This document shows, in pieces, positions 27,412 to 36,515 of a stretch of DNA of 64,000 bases. Each line of letters begins with the position of its first letter. Within the stretch, counting starts at the first letter, position 1. The stretch is taken from positions 46,442-110,441 of the forward strand of contig JAVBNN010000023.1 in the NCBI GenBank assembly GCA_031551525.1, read 5' to 3'. Origin of the DNA: Acidaminococcales bacterium. GTDB taxonomy: Bacteria; Bacillota; Negativicutes; Acidaminococcales; JAISLQ01. A model generated the notes under the pieces. That model was not told where the DNA came from. It saw only the letters and a program-made list of their open reading frames with translations, and did not search any database. A program made the position numbers and the translations under genes.

Positions 27412-29607
27412 TTAATCGCCGCGCCGCCAATTGTCCGTAAACATGCCGCGTATTTTATCGTAACTGCTTTTTGTCAGAGGTATGCCTTCATCAAGGCAAT
27501 GGTCAAGTGCCGCTTGCGCGGTCGGGTCGCCTTTCGCGTTGGCTGTGGATATTTGAGCCGCTATATAGCTGGAAGTTTTATTCAACTCCTGCCCGCTGCC
27601 GCCAGTTCCCTCTGTAAGCGCACCGCGTTTGAGCAGTTCACCAACCTCGCCCCCACGCGCCCCCCATGAATTCACCATGACGTTGTATTCTCGGCTGCTG
27701 TGCTGGTAATACTCTGTGTGTATGGTGGGAGTGGCTTTTTCATCTTTCAGCCACTGCCGAACTTTGTCTTGCCTTTCCCACCCCTGGACATTTTCCTGAT
27801 CCAGACGCAGCTTTGCCATAACAGCAAACCGCTCTTTGACCGCCTTTGTTTTGGGGTCGCTGTATTGTGCGTTCACATCTACAAACCAAGCTTTGTCGAT
27901 TTGATTATTTAAGTCGTTGGCTTCGTCTTTGCGAGTTTTACCTGCATCCTTGCTATACTTCAAAAAGTCTTTATCGCTCAAAGCCCCTTGTTTGAATAGC
28001 ATCTCCACATCGTCCTGTTGGAGCTGCCCGTTTATTGCTAATGTATCTAAGCGGTACAAAGCCGCTGTCTCGCTGCTTTCTCTTTTCGGCTTTGTTAGCA
28101 GTTCGGTTTTTAAGCCTTTCAGCCTCATACGGGTATGGTCGTCATAAGAGTACCTGCTGACTACATCCGCCGACGCTGTCTCGTCAAAAATACCCGCCTC
28201 GCGCAGTTTGAAAAGCTCCACCATTCCGTTTTGGTACGCCTCGTTACGCTTAAAGTTGCGAGCGCTGATTTCGCTGCCGAGTTTTGCACTGTATTTTTTG
28301 CGGAAGTCCTCTGTTTCAAGCGCGCCTAGGCTTCTTCCTGTTTTGCCGCCCTCAAAAGGAATTCGGCTGAACCCGGCTATCTCACCGATAGCGTCCATAT
28401 CCGCGTCTTTGATAACCTTCCCATAGCCGGAACTGGCGTGCATTAATTTGCCGTTGCCCTGATAAATACCAGCATGAGTTATTCCCTTATATGCTTCGCC
28501 CGCCTGACTAGACGTGTTACAGTAATAAACTATATCGCCCGGTTGGAGCTGGCTGCGATCAGTAAAGGCGATCCCTTTGTCTTCGGCTACTTTGTACATA
28601 TCATCGACTGTCCGCAGGTTTGTAGTCTCGTACCCTGCCGCAGTAGCCGTTCTTTCGATAAACTTACCGCAATCAGTGGAGCTTTTCCCGTCTCCCCCCA
28701 ACACGTAGGGAATACCTAGTTGACTTTCCGCCGCTCGCATAAAGTCCTTGTCACCGCTGCCGGACTTTGTTGCCTTGGCCGACCAAGCTTTTACCGCGCC
28801 GTCAACATCATCACCATAAATAGCGTACAGGCTATTTATGTCTTGCATACCTTGCTCCGCCTCCCGGCAGTCGTTTAGCCGCGAGGTAACCTTCGACAAC
28901 CGGGCAACGTCCACTTGCTCCTTGAACTCATCATACACAGCCTGCGCTCCGGCGTAGTCCTTCTTGTCCGTCAGGTCTAACATCAGAACCCCCACCAATT
29001 CAGTCGCGCTGTCCTTATCGAGGGCCTTTATATAATCCTGCCCTTTGTTTCGTCCATAAATAGCATTACTTATCTTCATCTGGCCGAGAGCATTTTGCGC
29101 TGTCTCCTTGCCGAGCAGCACCTTATCCCTAAGTGCGCCGTTGCTTTCGTTGCGAACGAGTAGCCCGTGTTTATCCATCTCTCCCGCCTGGTAGCGGCTC
29201 AGCACCTTGAGATTGCCGGTAACACTGCGGTCAGCCATATTATTAAAAGCCCGCTGCGCTTTTTCGTAGCGCAGGCCACTTTCACCCCATACTTTCTGAC
29301 GGATTTTCGCTTCTTTCTCGGCGAACTCTTTATCAATGTCGATCGTCTTATCAAGCTGGCGGCTCAATAAATCAGTGTTGACAACATTTATCTGCCGCTC
29401 ATATTCGTTACTGGCCTCCATGACCTTGAGCGCCAGGTCGTTCTCCATCTGGCGCTGTTGCTCCGCGCCGACGAGCGCCAACCCTTGCGCCACCGCCCCC
29501 ATCGCCCGACCCATCCCCGCGCCGTAAGCGGCTGCATTGCCCGGCGCGCGTACCTGTCCTTGCGCCACATTCGGGTCGACCGCCCGGCTATAAGATTGCA
29601 TTTTCAT
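27412..29607 (-). CDS. Internal virion protein with NlpC/P60 cell-wall endopeptidase domain
   Basis: aa ~289-405 (28393-28743): QLGIPYVLGGDGKSSTDCGKFI...GDIVYY...GITHAGIY...LMHAS has the NlpC/P60 Cys-His signature. It lies between other core-protein genes. Confidence 0.8.
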   Translation of the reverse strand: MKMQSYSRAVDPNVAQGQVRAPGNAAAYGAGMGRAMGAVAQGLALVGAEQQRQMENDLALKVMEASNEYERQINVVNTDLLSRQLDKTIDIDKEFAEKEAKIRQKVWGESGLRYEKAQRAFNNMADRSVTGNLKVLSRYQAGEMDKHGLLVRNESNGALRDKVLLGKETAQNALGQMKISNAIYGRNKGQDYIKALDKDSATELVGVLMLDLTDKKDYAGAQAVYDEFKEQVDVARLSKVTSRLNDCREAEQGMQDINSLYAIYGDDVDGAVKAWSAKATKSGSGDKDFMRAAESQLGIPYVLGGDGKSSTDCGKFIERTATAAGYETTNLRTVDDMYKVAEDKGIAFTDRSQLQPGDIVYYCNTSSQAGEAYKGITHAGIYQGNGKLMHASSGYGKVIKDADMDAIGEIAGFSRIPFEGGKTGRSLGALETEDFRKKYSAKLGSEISARNFKRNEAYQNGMVELFKLREAGIFDETASADVVSRYSYDDHTRMRLKGLKTELLTKPKRESSETAALYRLDTLAINGQLQQDDVEMLFKQGALSDKDFLKYSKDAGKTRKDEANDLNNQIDKAWFVDVNAQYSDPKTKAVKERFAVMAKLRLDQENVQGWERQDKVRQWLKDEKATPTIHTEYYQHSSREYNVMVNSWGARGGEVGELLKRGALTEGTGGSGQELNKTSSYIAAQISTANAKGDPTAQAALDHCLDEGIPLTKSSYDKIRGMFTDNWRRGD

Positions 29608-29686
29608 ATTCCGCCTCCAAATCAGGGGTATTTATACATATCCATTTTATAAATAGGCTTTTTCGTTCCTATGTCATAGGCAACCG

Positions 29687-29720
29687 GCTTACCTTTGCTT
29701 ACCTTTGCTTACCTTTGCTT
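29687..29720. repeat. 10-nt tandem repeat (GCTTACCTTT x3.4) spanning a stop codon
   Basis: GCTTACCTTTGCTTACCTTTGCTTACCTTTGCTT. The TAA of the 29699-30229 gene lies within the repeat. Confidence 0.9.
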
Positions 29721-30229
29721 GCCCCCGCCCAGTCTTTGCTAACGCCCCACGCGCTGGCCGCTGTACCGAGGATAGTACCTATCCCGGCCACCTGCGCCTG
29801 CTTTCTCACATTGTAAGCCGCCGCCCGATTGGCGCTGGCCGACTGCAAAAAGGTGTGCTCTTGCAACTGTCCGCCGTATATGTCATTGCGCTGATTGCCG
29901 AGGAGCGTCAGGCTGTCCTGGTTGTAAGCTTCCTTCCCTGCGCCCATTACATCGAGTACGCTACCGGACATGCCGGACAGACCAGACCCGCCCGCCTCCG
30001 CCGCCGCCGCGCCGCGAAACAGCTGGTGCCGGTCGGCGAGTTTTTGCTGCTCGGAGGCATACCGGTCGGCGACCTGCTCGTTCTGCCGGGCCTGTATTTT
30101 AGCGTTCTGCTCATCTGCCGCCGCCTGCGCGTTATACTGCGCCGCCTGCGCCTTGGCCTCCTGCCGCTGTCCCATATACTGCATCGCACCCGACGCTACT
30201 GTCAAAAGTGCCGCTGCCGGTAAACACAT
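29699..30229 (-). CDS. Hypothetical internal virion (core) protein
   Basis: ~176 aa, Ala/Gln-rich with N- and C-terminal hydrophobic segments. Call is by position between gp13-like and NlpC/P60 core genes. Start at MCLPAAALL abuts the upstream stop. Confidence 0.4.
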   Translation of the reverse strand: MCLPAAALLTVASGAMQYMGQRQEAKAQAAQYNAQAAADEQNAKIQARQNEQVADRYASEQQKLADRHQLFRGAAAAEAGGSGLSGMSGSVLDVMGAGKEAYNQDSLTLLGNQRNDIYGGQLQEHTFLQSASANRAAAYNVRKQAQVAGIGTILGTAASAWGVSKDWAGASKGKQR

Positions 30230-30230
30230 A

Positions 30231-30704
30231 TCACTCGCCCCTTCCCAACCAAAACATAATAAATTCACTTTCCCCCACGGAAAAGGGAACGGAAAACTCC
30301 GCCCCCAGCCAGGTCAACCAGCGGATAGCTTTTTTATTGCGCACATCCACCATATTGTAGAGCTGGCCGAAGTTCTTTACCCAGCTGTCCACGATCAGGC
30401 GGCTGTGGTATAAGAACTCTTTTTTATACCCTTCGAGCGCCTCCGTACCGAGCAGCCAAATCCCCCGCCCATGTTGCGGATGGACCTCCGCCGATAGGCC
30501 GAAGATGCACAGCACCCTCGACCCGTCGCGCACCACGAAAGATACATCCTCCCTGACAAGGCTGCTGTCGAGCGCCTCTATCAGATCGTCATAGCCCATG
30601 GCCGCCATTTCCGCCCGGTCGGACTTACGCAGATACTTGTCTAACTGAACAACCGCCGGACGGTGTTTTATTTTATCGAATACCTCTATCTGTAAAAAGC
30701 GCAT
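30231..30704 (-). CDS. Hypothetical virion-assembly protein (podovirus gp13/DUF2833-like, tentative)
   Basis: GIWLLGTE...LYNMVDVRNKKAIRWLTWLGAEF resembles a block I recall from podoviral gp13-like proteins. ATG at 30704 has a GGAGGA RBS overlapping the nozzle gene stop. Confidence 0.35.
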   Translation of the reverse strand: MRFLQIEVFDKIKHRPAVVQLDKYLRKSDRAEMAAMGYDDLIEALDSSLVREDVSFVVRDGSRVLCIFGLSAEVHPQHGRGIWLLGTEALEGYKKEFLYHSRLIVDSWVKNFGQLYNMVDVRNKKAIRWLTWLGAEFSVPFSVGESEFIMFWLGRGE

Positions 30705-30705
30705 T

Positions 30706-33297
30706 TCATCCTCCGAAACTAACTTGCCGTATAATCGCATTCACCGCAAACGGGTATGGCTCATCCTGCATAAGGCACAGCCGCCCGTGCGTATTGAACC
30801 CGCCTTCGGACGACGGCTCCTGCGGTGGAGTCAACTGTTTATCCCCGCTAAACAGTTTGAGCGGCTCAAAGGCCCTGTCCTCATAGGTTATCTCGTCCAT
30901 CAGAGAGAACGAACAACCTACCCGCCCGCCGAAAGAGTTCCTCATACGAAGCACCGCCCCGGTCAAGACTTTACTGCGCCCCTGCATAGTACCGTCGCGT
31001 AGTTGCATTTCAAAATTCGGCTGCTCCACCTTCAAAGTATAGGGGAGGCCGACTATCACCTTCTTGCAGGGCGCGGGGAGGGTTATCCTGCCGTTTGTCA
31101 CCACCCAGGGCGTCGGCTGGAGGTCGAAGCTGTCGCCTACCGCCACAACGCTTTCCCCTTCGAGATGATCAAGGCCGTCGATGGTCGCCGTAGCCGCGCT
31201 ATTCGTTACCACCTTGGCAACATCCACCATAATATGATCCAATGGATCGCCGCTTTCTGACATCGGGGCGAAGCTCTCCACATACCGCCGCGTTTGGCCG
31301 TTCACCACGCGCCGCACTATAGCGTACACCGTATCGCCCCCCGCACCTGGTATCGCCGTCACCGCCTCGAACGCCCCGTCCGTCACGATGCGCGACCAGG
31401 CATACACCTCCTGTTCGCGGATATATGTAAGGCACAAGAGCACCCCGTCGCCCCGCACGAAATAGATAACGCTGTCCGGCTCCTGGCTGTACGTTGCGTC
31501 CACTATTCTGTGCCCCTTCACCAGATGCTTGGCCAGCAGCGTCAAGTCCATCCCGGTGTAATTGTCGCTGTCGTAGCTGTAGCCCATATCGCGCACCGTC
31601 GCCCCGCGCCGCTGCACATACACGATGCGGTTGCCGATAAACTGCGGCGGCACCTCACTCACCCCGCGCGCCGTCTGGAGCTTCGGAGTCATGCGTTTAG
31701 GCGTAACTATCTCGCTGCCCGAGATCATCCACTCGTTACCCTCGGTAAGTACGATCAAGTCCTGTCCTGGGATAAGGTGCTGCACTTTAAACAACTCGCG
31801 CGAAATAAGCGACTGCTGCACGGCGCTGTCGTCCGTCACATCCCCGCCCGCTTTTTCCACGCCAAAGTTCGGATAATCGCCCGTCCGGCTCATCCAGACC
31901 ATGTTGGGAAACTTCGCCGACCCCGCAAACACCAGACGGTCCTGAAAGAAAGTCGCACAGTACGGATAGCCGTTCACCGCATTCCACGCGCCCATATTCC
32001 AGTCCGCCGTGCCGCCGGTCGTCGCCAGCGGCGTGCCCTCCACCGCCGCCTGTACCTGCCGGGCGTTCGCGTAACTCGTTATCCGAAGAACGCTCTCATG
32101 CGTATAGGCATAGGCCGACAAGTCAAAGCGCACCGTCCCGGTAAACCCGCTATGCGTCACCAGCCGCAGTTCTCCGTATTCTTCCACTGTGCCGCTCTCG
32201 ACCACATTATAATCTTCTTTCGAACTGTACGTCCGGTACGAGCGCCAGACATCCGAATGGTACGGCCGGTATTCGAGGCTGATCTTGCCAGTCCACTTTT
32301 CGTTGGTTATCAGCTTCCACGAACTCCCCACCATCATACTGGCCAGAGCAGCGGACACCGGCGACAGCATTTCCTCATAAAGCAACGCATCAGTATCCGC
32401 GTTATATAGTTTTACCGTGGCGCTGCCTGTCACTACATTGGCGCTAAAGCGCATCTCCCGGTAATACGCCTGCGTGTGCGTGCTGCCATCATTATCTACC
32501 GTATATTCATTATCAAAAACCTGAGAGCCATTGCCGCTGAACACCCTTATGTTCGTCCACCGACTATAACTGCCGCCCTGCCAGGTCACCGACCCGGCCC
32601 ACGTACCCGACACCTCCGCTCGCACGGTGTATATACCCACGCTGATTTTTGCGGGTTCCACCGCCGTCGCCGCACCGAAACTCGAATTGACGCTCACCTC
32701 CTCGACAAAGTGACTTATCTTCAAAAGCGCGCCCACCTGCCCCGGCAAAAAAACATCTTTAGAACTATTGAGCAGTACACTCCCCGCCGTGCCACTCGCG
32801 TATACCTTACAATCCGCGTCCGGGTTTATCGGCTCGAACGGCCCATTTTCAAAACGAAACTCCGCCATCCGCCAGTCGCTTTCGCTATAACGCGTTATCA
32901 CCTGCACAGGGCAACGCCCGCTCGTTATATACATCACATCCGCCGACTGCGTAAACCTCAAATGCGGCAAGTCCGCCTCCGTCCAGGGCGTCGCCAGCTG
33001 CACAGGCAGCTTCACCCCATCCCGCCAGATGTTTATATACCCTTGCCCGGCCTCCAAAAGATAGCAAATACTCTCAGTAAAATTGAACCGCACCAAAAGA
33101 GCCTGTTTGTCGTGATAAACGCACGGCCCGTGATAAAGCATACCGGTGCGTTTATATAGCCCTCCATATGGCCGCAGTAGCGCGTTCTCTGCCGTAAGGA
33201 GCGCTAGTTGGTATTTTTCGAGATCTACCCTCGATGCCACTTCCTCAGAAATCTCCCCGGCGGTAAAAGCCGGCTGGATAGCATGTATCACAGACAT
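30706..33297 (-). CDS. Tail tubular protein B / nozzle (T7 gp12-like)
   Basis: 863 aa. The N-terminus IQPAFTAGEISEEVASRVDLEKYQLALLTAENALLRPYGGLYKRTG follows the gp12-family pattern (Q.SF..GE.S....GR.DL..Y...L...EN......G....RPG). Size and position after the adaptor also fit. Confidence 0.75.
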   Translation of the reverse strand: MSVIHAIQPAFTAGEISEEVASRVDLEKYQLALLTAENALLRPYGGLYKRTGMLYHGPCVYHDKQALLVRFNFTESICYLLEAGQGYINIWRDGVKLPVQLATPWTEADLPHLRFTQSADVMYITSGRCPVQVITRYSESDWRMAEFRFENGPFEPINPDADCKVYASGTAGSVLLNSSKDVFLPGQVGALLKISHFVEEVSVNSSFGAATAVEPAKISVGIYTVRAEVSGTWAGSVTWQGGSYSRWTNIRVFSGNGSQVFDNEYTVDNDGSTHTQAYYREMRFSANVVTGSATVKLYNADTDALLYEEMLSPVSAALASMMVGSSWKLITNEKWTGKISLEYRPYHSDVWRSYRTYSSKEDYNVVESGTVEEYGELRLVTHSGFTGTVRFDLSAYAYTHESVLRITSYANARQVQAAVEGTPLATTGGTADWNMGAWNAVNGYPYCATFFQDRLVFAGSAKFPNMVWMSRTGDYPNFGVEKAGGDVTDDSAVQQSLISRELFKVQHLIPGQDLIVLTEGNEWMISGSEIVTPKRMTPKLQTARGVSEVPPQFIGNRIVYVQRRGATVRDMGYSYDSDNYTGMDLTLLAKHLVKGHRIVDATYSQEPDSVIYFVRGDGVLLCLTYIREQEVYAWSRIVTDGAFEAVTAIPGAGGDTVYAIVRRVVNGQTRRYVESFAPMSESGDPLDHIMVDVAKVVTNSAATATIDGLDHLEGESVVAVGDSFDLQPTPWVVTNGRITLPAPCKKVIVGLPYTLKVEQPNFEMQLRDGTMQGRSKVLTGAVLRMRNSFGGRVGCSFSLMDEITYEDRAFEPLKLFSGDKQLTPPQEPSSEGGFNTHGRLCLMQDEPYPFAVNAIIRQVSFGG

Positions 33298-33301
33298 AGC
33301 A

Positions 33302-33895
33302 TCACTCCCTCGCCCTGATATAACTGTCCGGGTATTCCGGCATCTTCTCTCTCTCTTGTGCCGTCGCCAGCATAGCCTTTTGTATCGCCACCTGATAAAG
33401 CTGGTACTGTGTCTGTTGCAGTCCCGCGTTAGCGGTCAGCGCCATAGAGAGTGCCGAGGCCAAAAGCCGCGACAACGCCTCCACAAAATCCGGCGGGAAC
33501 AGCTCCGCATCCGTCGCGTCATATGTATATTCAAGATAAGCCTCCGGTATATCGCAGCCGATAGCCTGGATATTTCCCTTCACCAAAAAGCTGTCGTATT
33601 TTTCCTTTTCAAACTCTCTTACGCTGGCCCCGGCTTCGTTGAAAATCAACCTGGCCGCCAGACACATCTCCGGCAGGGCGTACACATGCTCCCAGCCAGG
33701 GATATTTATATCGAGGCGCGCCAGAACTATCATCCTTTTGGCAAAACCCCAGGTATAGTCACGCAGCAGCATCCGCCGCAAATGATCGTAATGTATCCGG
33801 CACTGCCGGGCCGTCTCCGTATTCTCATCGAGCGCCACTATCCGCCCCTTGGCGATATGCGACAGCGCCATATTGCAAATATCTGTATTAGTCAT
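33302..33895 (-). CDS. Tail tubular protein A / adaptor (T7 gp11-like)
   Basis: 197 aa. ICNMALSHIAKGRIVALDENTETARQCRIHYDHLRRMLLRDYTWGFA matches the gp11-family N-terminal signature. Confidence 0.75.
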   Translation of the reverse strand: MTNTDICNMALSHIAKGRIVALDENTETARQCRIHYDHLRRMLLRDYTWGFAKRMIVLARLDINIPGWEHVYALPEMCLAARLIFNEAGASVREFEKEKYDSFLVKGNIQAIGCDIPEAYLEYTYDATDAELFPPDFVEALSRLLASALSMALTANAGLQQTQYQLYQVAIQKAMLATAQEREKMPEYPDSYIRARE

Positions 33896-33925
33896 ATCAA
33901 TACCCCCAAAAAGAGGGGGCAGGCA

Positions 33926-34096
33926 TCATTCGCCCGCCCCTGCCTTTCCCTCTATTAAGTCGATCAATTCTTGCCGGGTCGCGTCCTCCGGGTAGACTTT
34001 GCCCTCCGCGTAAAGACGCGCTCTCAACTCGTTCATGCTCAGACGGTCGTAACCGCCGCTGGCTTTCGCCAGATCATGCAGGCTGTACGTTTCCAT
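33926..34096 (-). CDS. 56-aa hypothetical protein (SAP/HeH-like helix pair)
   Basis: METYSLHDLAKASGGYDRLSMNELRARLYAEGKVYPEDATRQELIDLIEGKAGAGE. Its ATG overlaps the upstream TGA (TGATG). Below the ORF-track cutoff. Confidence 0.4.
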   Translation of the reverse strand: METYSLHDLAKASGGYDRLSMNELRARLYAEGKVYPEDATRQELIDLIEGKAGAGE

Positions 34097-34452
34097 CACC
34101 CATGATCCACATCATTTACCAGACCGGCGGTAACCGTACCAGCGGTAAAGGTGGACGTCACCTTGAGGCGCAAATACTTCTTCGCCCCGATCGGCAGCTT
34201 GGCCTTGACCGGCGCGGTCGCAGTCCCTTCAAAAGTACCCAGCGTCACCGGAGTGGTAAACGCCTCCACATCCGCCGTCTCCAGCACCACCGTTATTTTC
34301 TTTCCGGCGTCGCCGCCCTTCACCCCGGCAAATAGGTACAGAGGGTTGGCAGCGTTGCCGCCCTCGCCGTTGACCACCACATTCGACAGCGCGTTCGTCA
34401 TACCGCTCGCCGCCACACCATCAAGAAACAAATTCTCTTTATCAAAAATCAT
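34096..34452 (-). CDS. Putative capsid decoration/cement protein
   Basis: 118 aa, predicted beta-rich, immediately downstream of the major capsid gene as in BPP-1-like phages. ATG at 34452 has a GAGGTGA RBS. Confidence 0.4.
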   Translation of the reverse strand: MIFDKENLFLDGVAASGMTNALSNVVVNGEGGNAANPLYLFAGVKGGDAGKKITVVLETADVEAFTTPVTLGTFEGTATAPVKAKLPIGAKKYLRLKVTSTFTAGTVTAGLVNDVDHG

Positions 34453-34506
34453 GTCATCACCTCGTAAATTTTTTTTGGGCGGCAAATGCCGCCCGGATCT
34501 GTTCTC

Positions 34507-35520
34507 TTACACCAGCGCCGCTTCATCCTCACGCATAACGTCGAGCTTTTTCAATACTATGCCGGAAAGATAGAGTTGGGGCGGTTTACCCATTATATCC
34601 TGGCGCGTCACATGCACATTGCTCTTGTCCACCAGGTAAGTTTCGACAAACGTGTACACCGCGTCAGAAACATACCAGACATAATTCACCCCGGCCGCAT
34701 TGAGATTGCGTATGCGGTTTTTCGCGTAGATAAATTTTTCAATCAGTGCCAGCTTCTTGTCCGAAGTCATTCCAGCCAGCGCCGCCGCATTGATATTCCT
34801 CACCGCCGCGTTTGCCCGGATGTCGCGCACCGTCATGCCGATATTCCACTCAAACAGCGTCTGCACGGCTCGGAAAGGTTTGCCCTTGTCATCGAGGACA
34901 TCGCTTTCGCCAAGGTCGGTCATTTTTAGACCGGCTGTGGTGTTCTTAGGATAAATACCCGCCGTGGTATGTTCGCCCCAGCCGATCAAAAAGGCCGAAG
35001 TGTTGGTATTCGTACCGGCAGTACCGCCGGAAATCACCTGATAGCCCGGATCGCCCTTCGCCCCGGTGAGCGTATTGTACCTCACCGCAATACCATTAAA
35101 AGCATCCGGGTCAGCGGCAATATCGCCGTAGAGCGCAGCCTGCGCCACGCGCTGGGAAAAGCCCTCAATGTGCGCCGCATCCTCCGAGCGGCGGAAAGCC
35201 TCCTTGTCCGACTGCAAGGACAAAAGTTTTATGTCCACCCTCGACCTGTCCTCGAGCATCATACAGGTGTCGACGATCTGTTTTGTGTTCGACTTGGTAG
35301 CGTCCACGCCCTGGTTGATCCGGCGGATAGAAGGAGTCGGGATACTGGTTCTCTGCGTGGTCTGAATACCGGTCGGCAGATTGCCCTCCATCATCTTCAT
35401 ATCCTCCAAAATCGGGTTGGACTGGGCCAGCGTCTCGATAATATAATCGAGCTTCCCGTCAGGAGTCATCCTCTTTCTAAAATCATTCAGCGTTACCGCC
35501 AAAGCTCCAACTGTTGCCAT
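34507..35520 (-). CDS. Major capsid protein
   Basis: 337 aa following the scaffold gene. N-terminal block ILEDMKMMEGNLPTGIQTTQRTSIPTPSIRRINQGVDATKS is a pattern seen in HK97-fold capsid proteins of BPP-1/epsilon15-type phages. Confidence 0.8.
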   Translation of the reverse strand: MATVGALAVTLNDFRKRMTPDGKLDYIIETLAQSNPILEDMKMMEGNLPTGIQTTQRTSIPTPSIRRINQGVDATKSNTKQIVDTCMMLEDRSRVDIKLLSLQSDKEAFRRSEDAAHIEGFSQRVAQAALYGDIAADPDAFNGIAVRYNTLTGAKGDPGYQVISGGTAGTNTNTSAFLIGWGEHTTAGIYPKNTTAGLKMTDLGESDVLDDKGKPFRAVQTLFEWNIGMTVRDIRANAAVRNINAAALAGMTSDKKLALIEKFIYAKNRIRNLNAAGVNYVWYVSDAVYTFVETYLVDKSNVHVTRQDIMGKPPQLYLSGIVLKKLDVMREDEAALV

Positions 35521-35537
35521 TTCACATCACCTCATGT

Positions 35538-36170
35538 TTAATATTTTTCAAAATTTGTCTTGTCATACAAACTGCCCGCCCCCTGGGCAGCCACACCGCC
35601 CAACAGCCGCGCACCGTTATCTTCACCCACCAGCTCGCCTACCTTGGCAAAGAGGCGGATAAATTCAACCCGGTTACCAGCGCCCGTTTCATTGAACGCC
35701 TCGCGCAAGCCCGGCACTGCCTTTTCGAGCGTCTCCACCGCCACGGCGGCAAGGCCAACCGTTTTGTCATAATCAGCGCCCAGCTGTGCCTTGGCGTCTT
35801 TACCCCAGTCGGCTACCTCTTTTTGCAGCTCCTGGGTGATAAGCGCCTCTTGTGCCGCCAGCGCCTCCTTGGTGTAGTTGAGGCCATACTGCGCCCACTT
35901 TTGCGCCGCCTCATTATTCAGGCCACTTTCTTTAGCAAGAGCGGTAAAACTCTCCATTATCGCCGGGTCGGTCTCCGCCCCCTCAGGCAAGACTGCCTTT
36001 AAGTCATACGCATCCGGCAAGGCAGTATCTACCGTCGATTTTGGCGCACCACCGAGAATGGTACCCATTTCCTCCTTTGGCGTTTCCACCGCCGGGGCTG
36101 TTACCTGTTGCTCTGTCTGCTGCTCCGCACCCGTGTTATCGTTGGCGGCAGCATTGTTTTGTTCATCCAT
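35538..36170 (-). CDS. Scaffolding protein
   Basis: 210 aa, acidic, Ala/Glu/Gln-rich and predicted helical, between the portal and capsid genes. Confidence 0.7.
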   Translation of the reverse strand: MDEQNNAAANDNTGAEQQTEQQVTAPAVETPKEEMGTILGGAPKSTVDTALPDAYDLKAVLPEGAETDPAIMESFTALAKESGLNNEAAQKWAQYGLNYTKEALAAQEALITQELQKEVADWGKDAKAQLGADYDKTVGLAAVAVETLEKAVPGLREAFNETGAGNRVEFIRLFAKVGELVGEDNGARLLGGVAAQGAGSLYDKTNFEKY

Positions 36171-36173
36171 CTT

Positions 36174-36515
36174 TTAGTCCTCCTGCTCCATTAGCTTTAT
36201 AGCCTCCTGCTGGGCTTTTATGTATTCCAGCTCAGCCAGTTGCTTTAGTTTGATAGCCTCAAGGCCCATCGCCGCAATATCCTCCTGGTACATGATGGCC
36301 ACCTTCCTCATGCCCTCATTGCGAAAAGTCGCACTGTTCCCGGTGAATATCTCCGCATTAAGGCGGCAGCGATCAAACAGCCGCATTAAAAACCAGCGCC
36401 CATCTGGACTAGACAAAAGCGCCTCCAGCGCCTCTTTGTCACGCCGGGCCACCTCGCCCTGGATAAGTGCGTTTATCCTCTGTTGGCGGTCGGTAGTTAT
36501 CGTTTGCATGGTCAA
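36174..36515 (-). CDS. Hypothetical head-module protein
   Basis: 113 aa. 4-nt overlap with the portal gene. Conserved-looking core GRWFLMRLFDRCRL...FRNEGMRKVAI. Confidence 0.4.
   Translation of the reverse strand: MTMQTITTDRQQRINALIQGEVARRDKEALEALLSSPDGRWFLMRLFDRCRLNAEIFTGNSATFRNEGMRKVAIMYQEDIAAMGLEAIKLKQLAELEYIKAQQEAIKLMEQED

Noticed and set aside
31294-33958. Plus-strand ORFs of 371, 227 and 270 aa antisense to the nozzle and adaptor genes
   Set aside because: They lie entirely inside well-supported minus-strand genes. Their composition is Arg/His/Pro-rich, as is typical of antisense frames.
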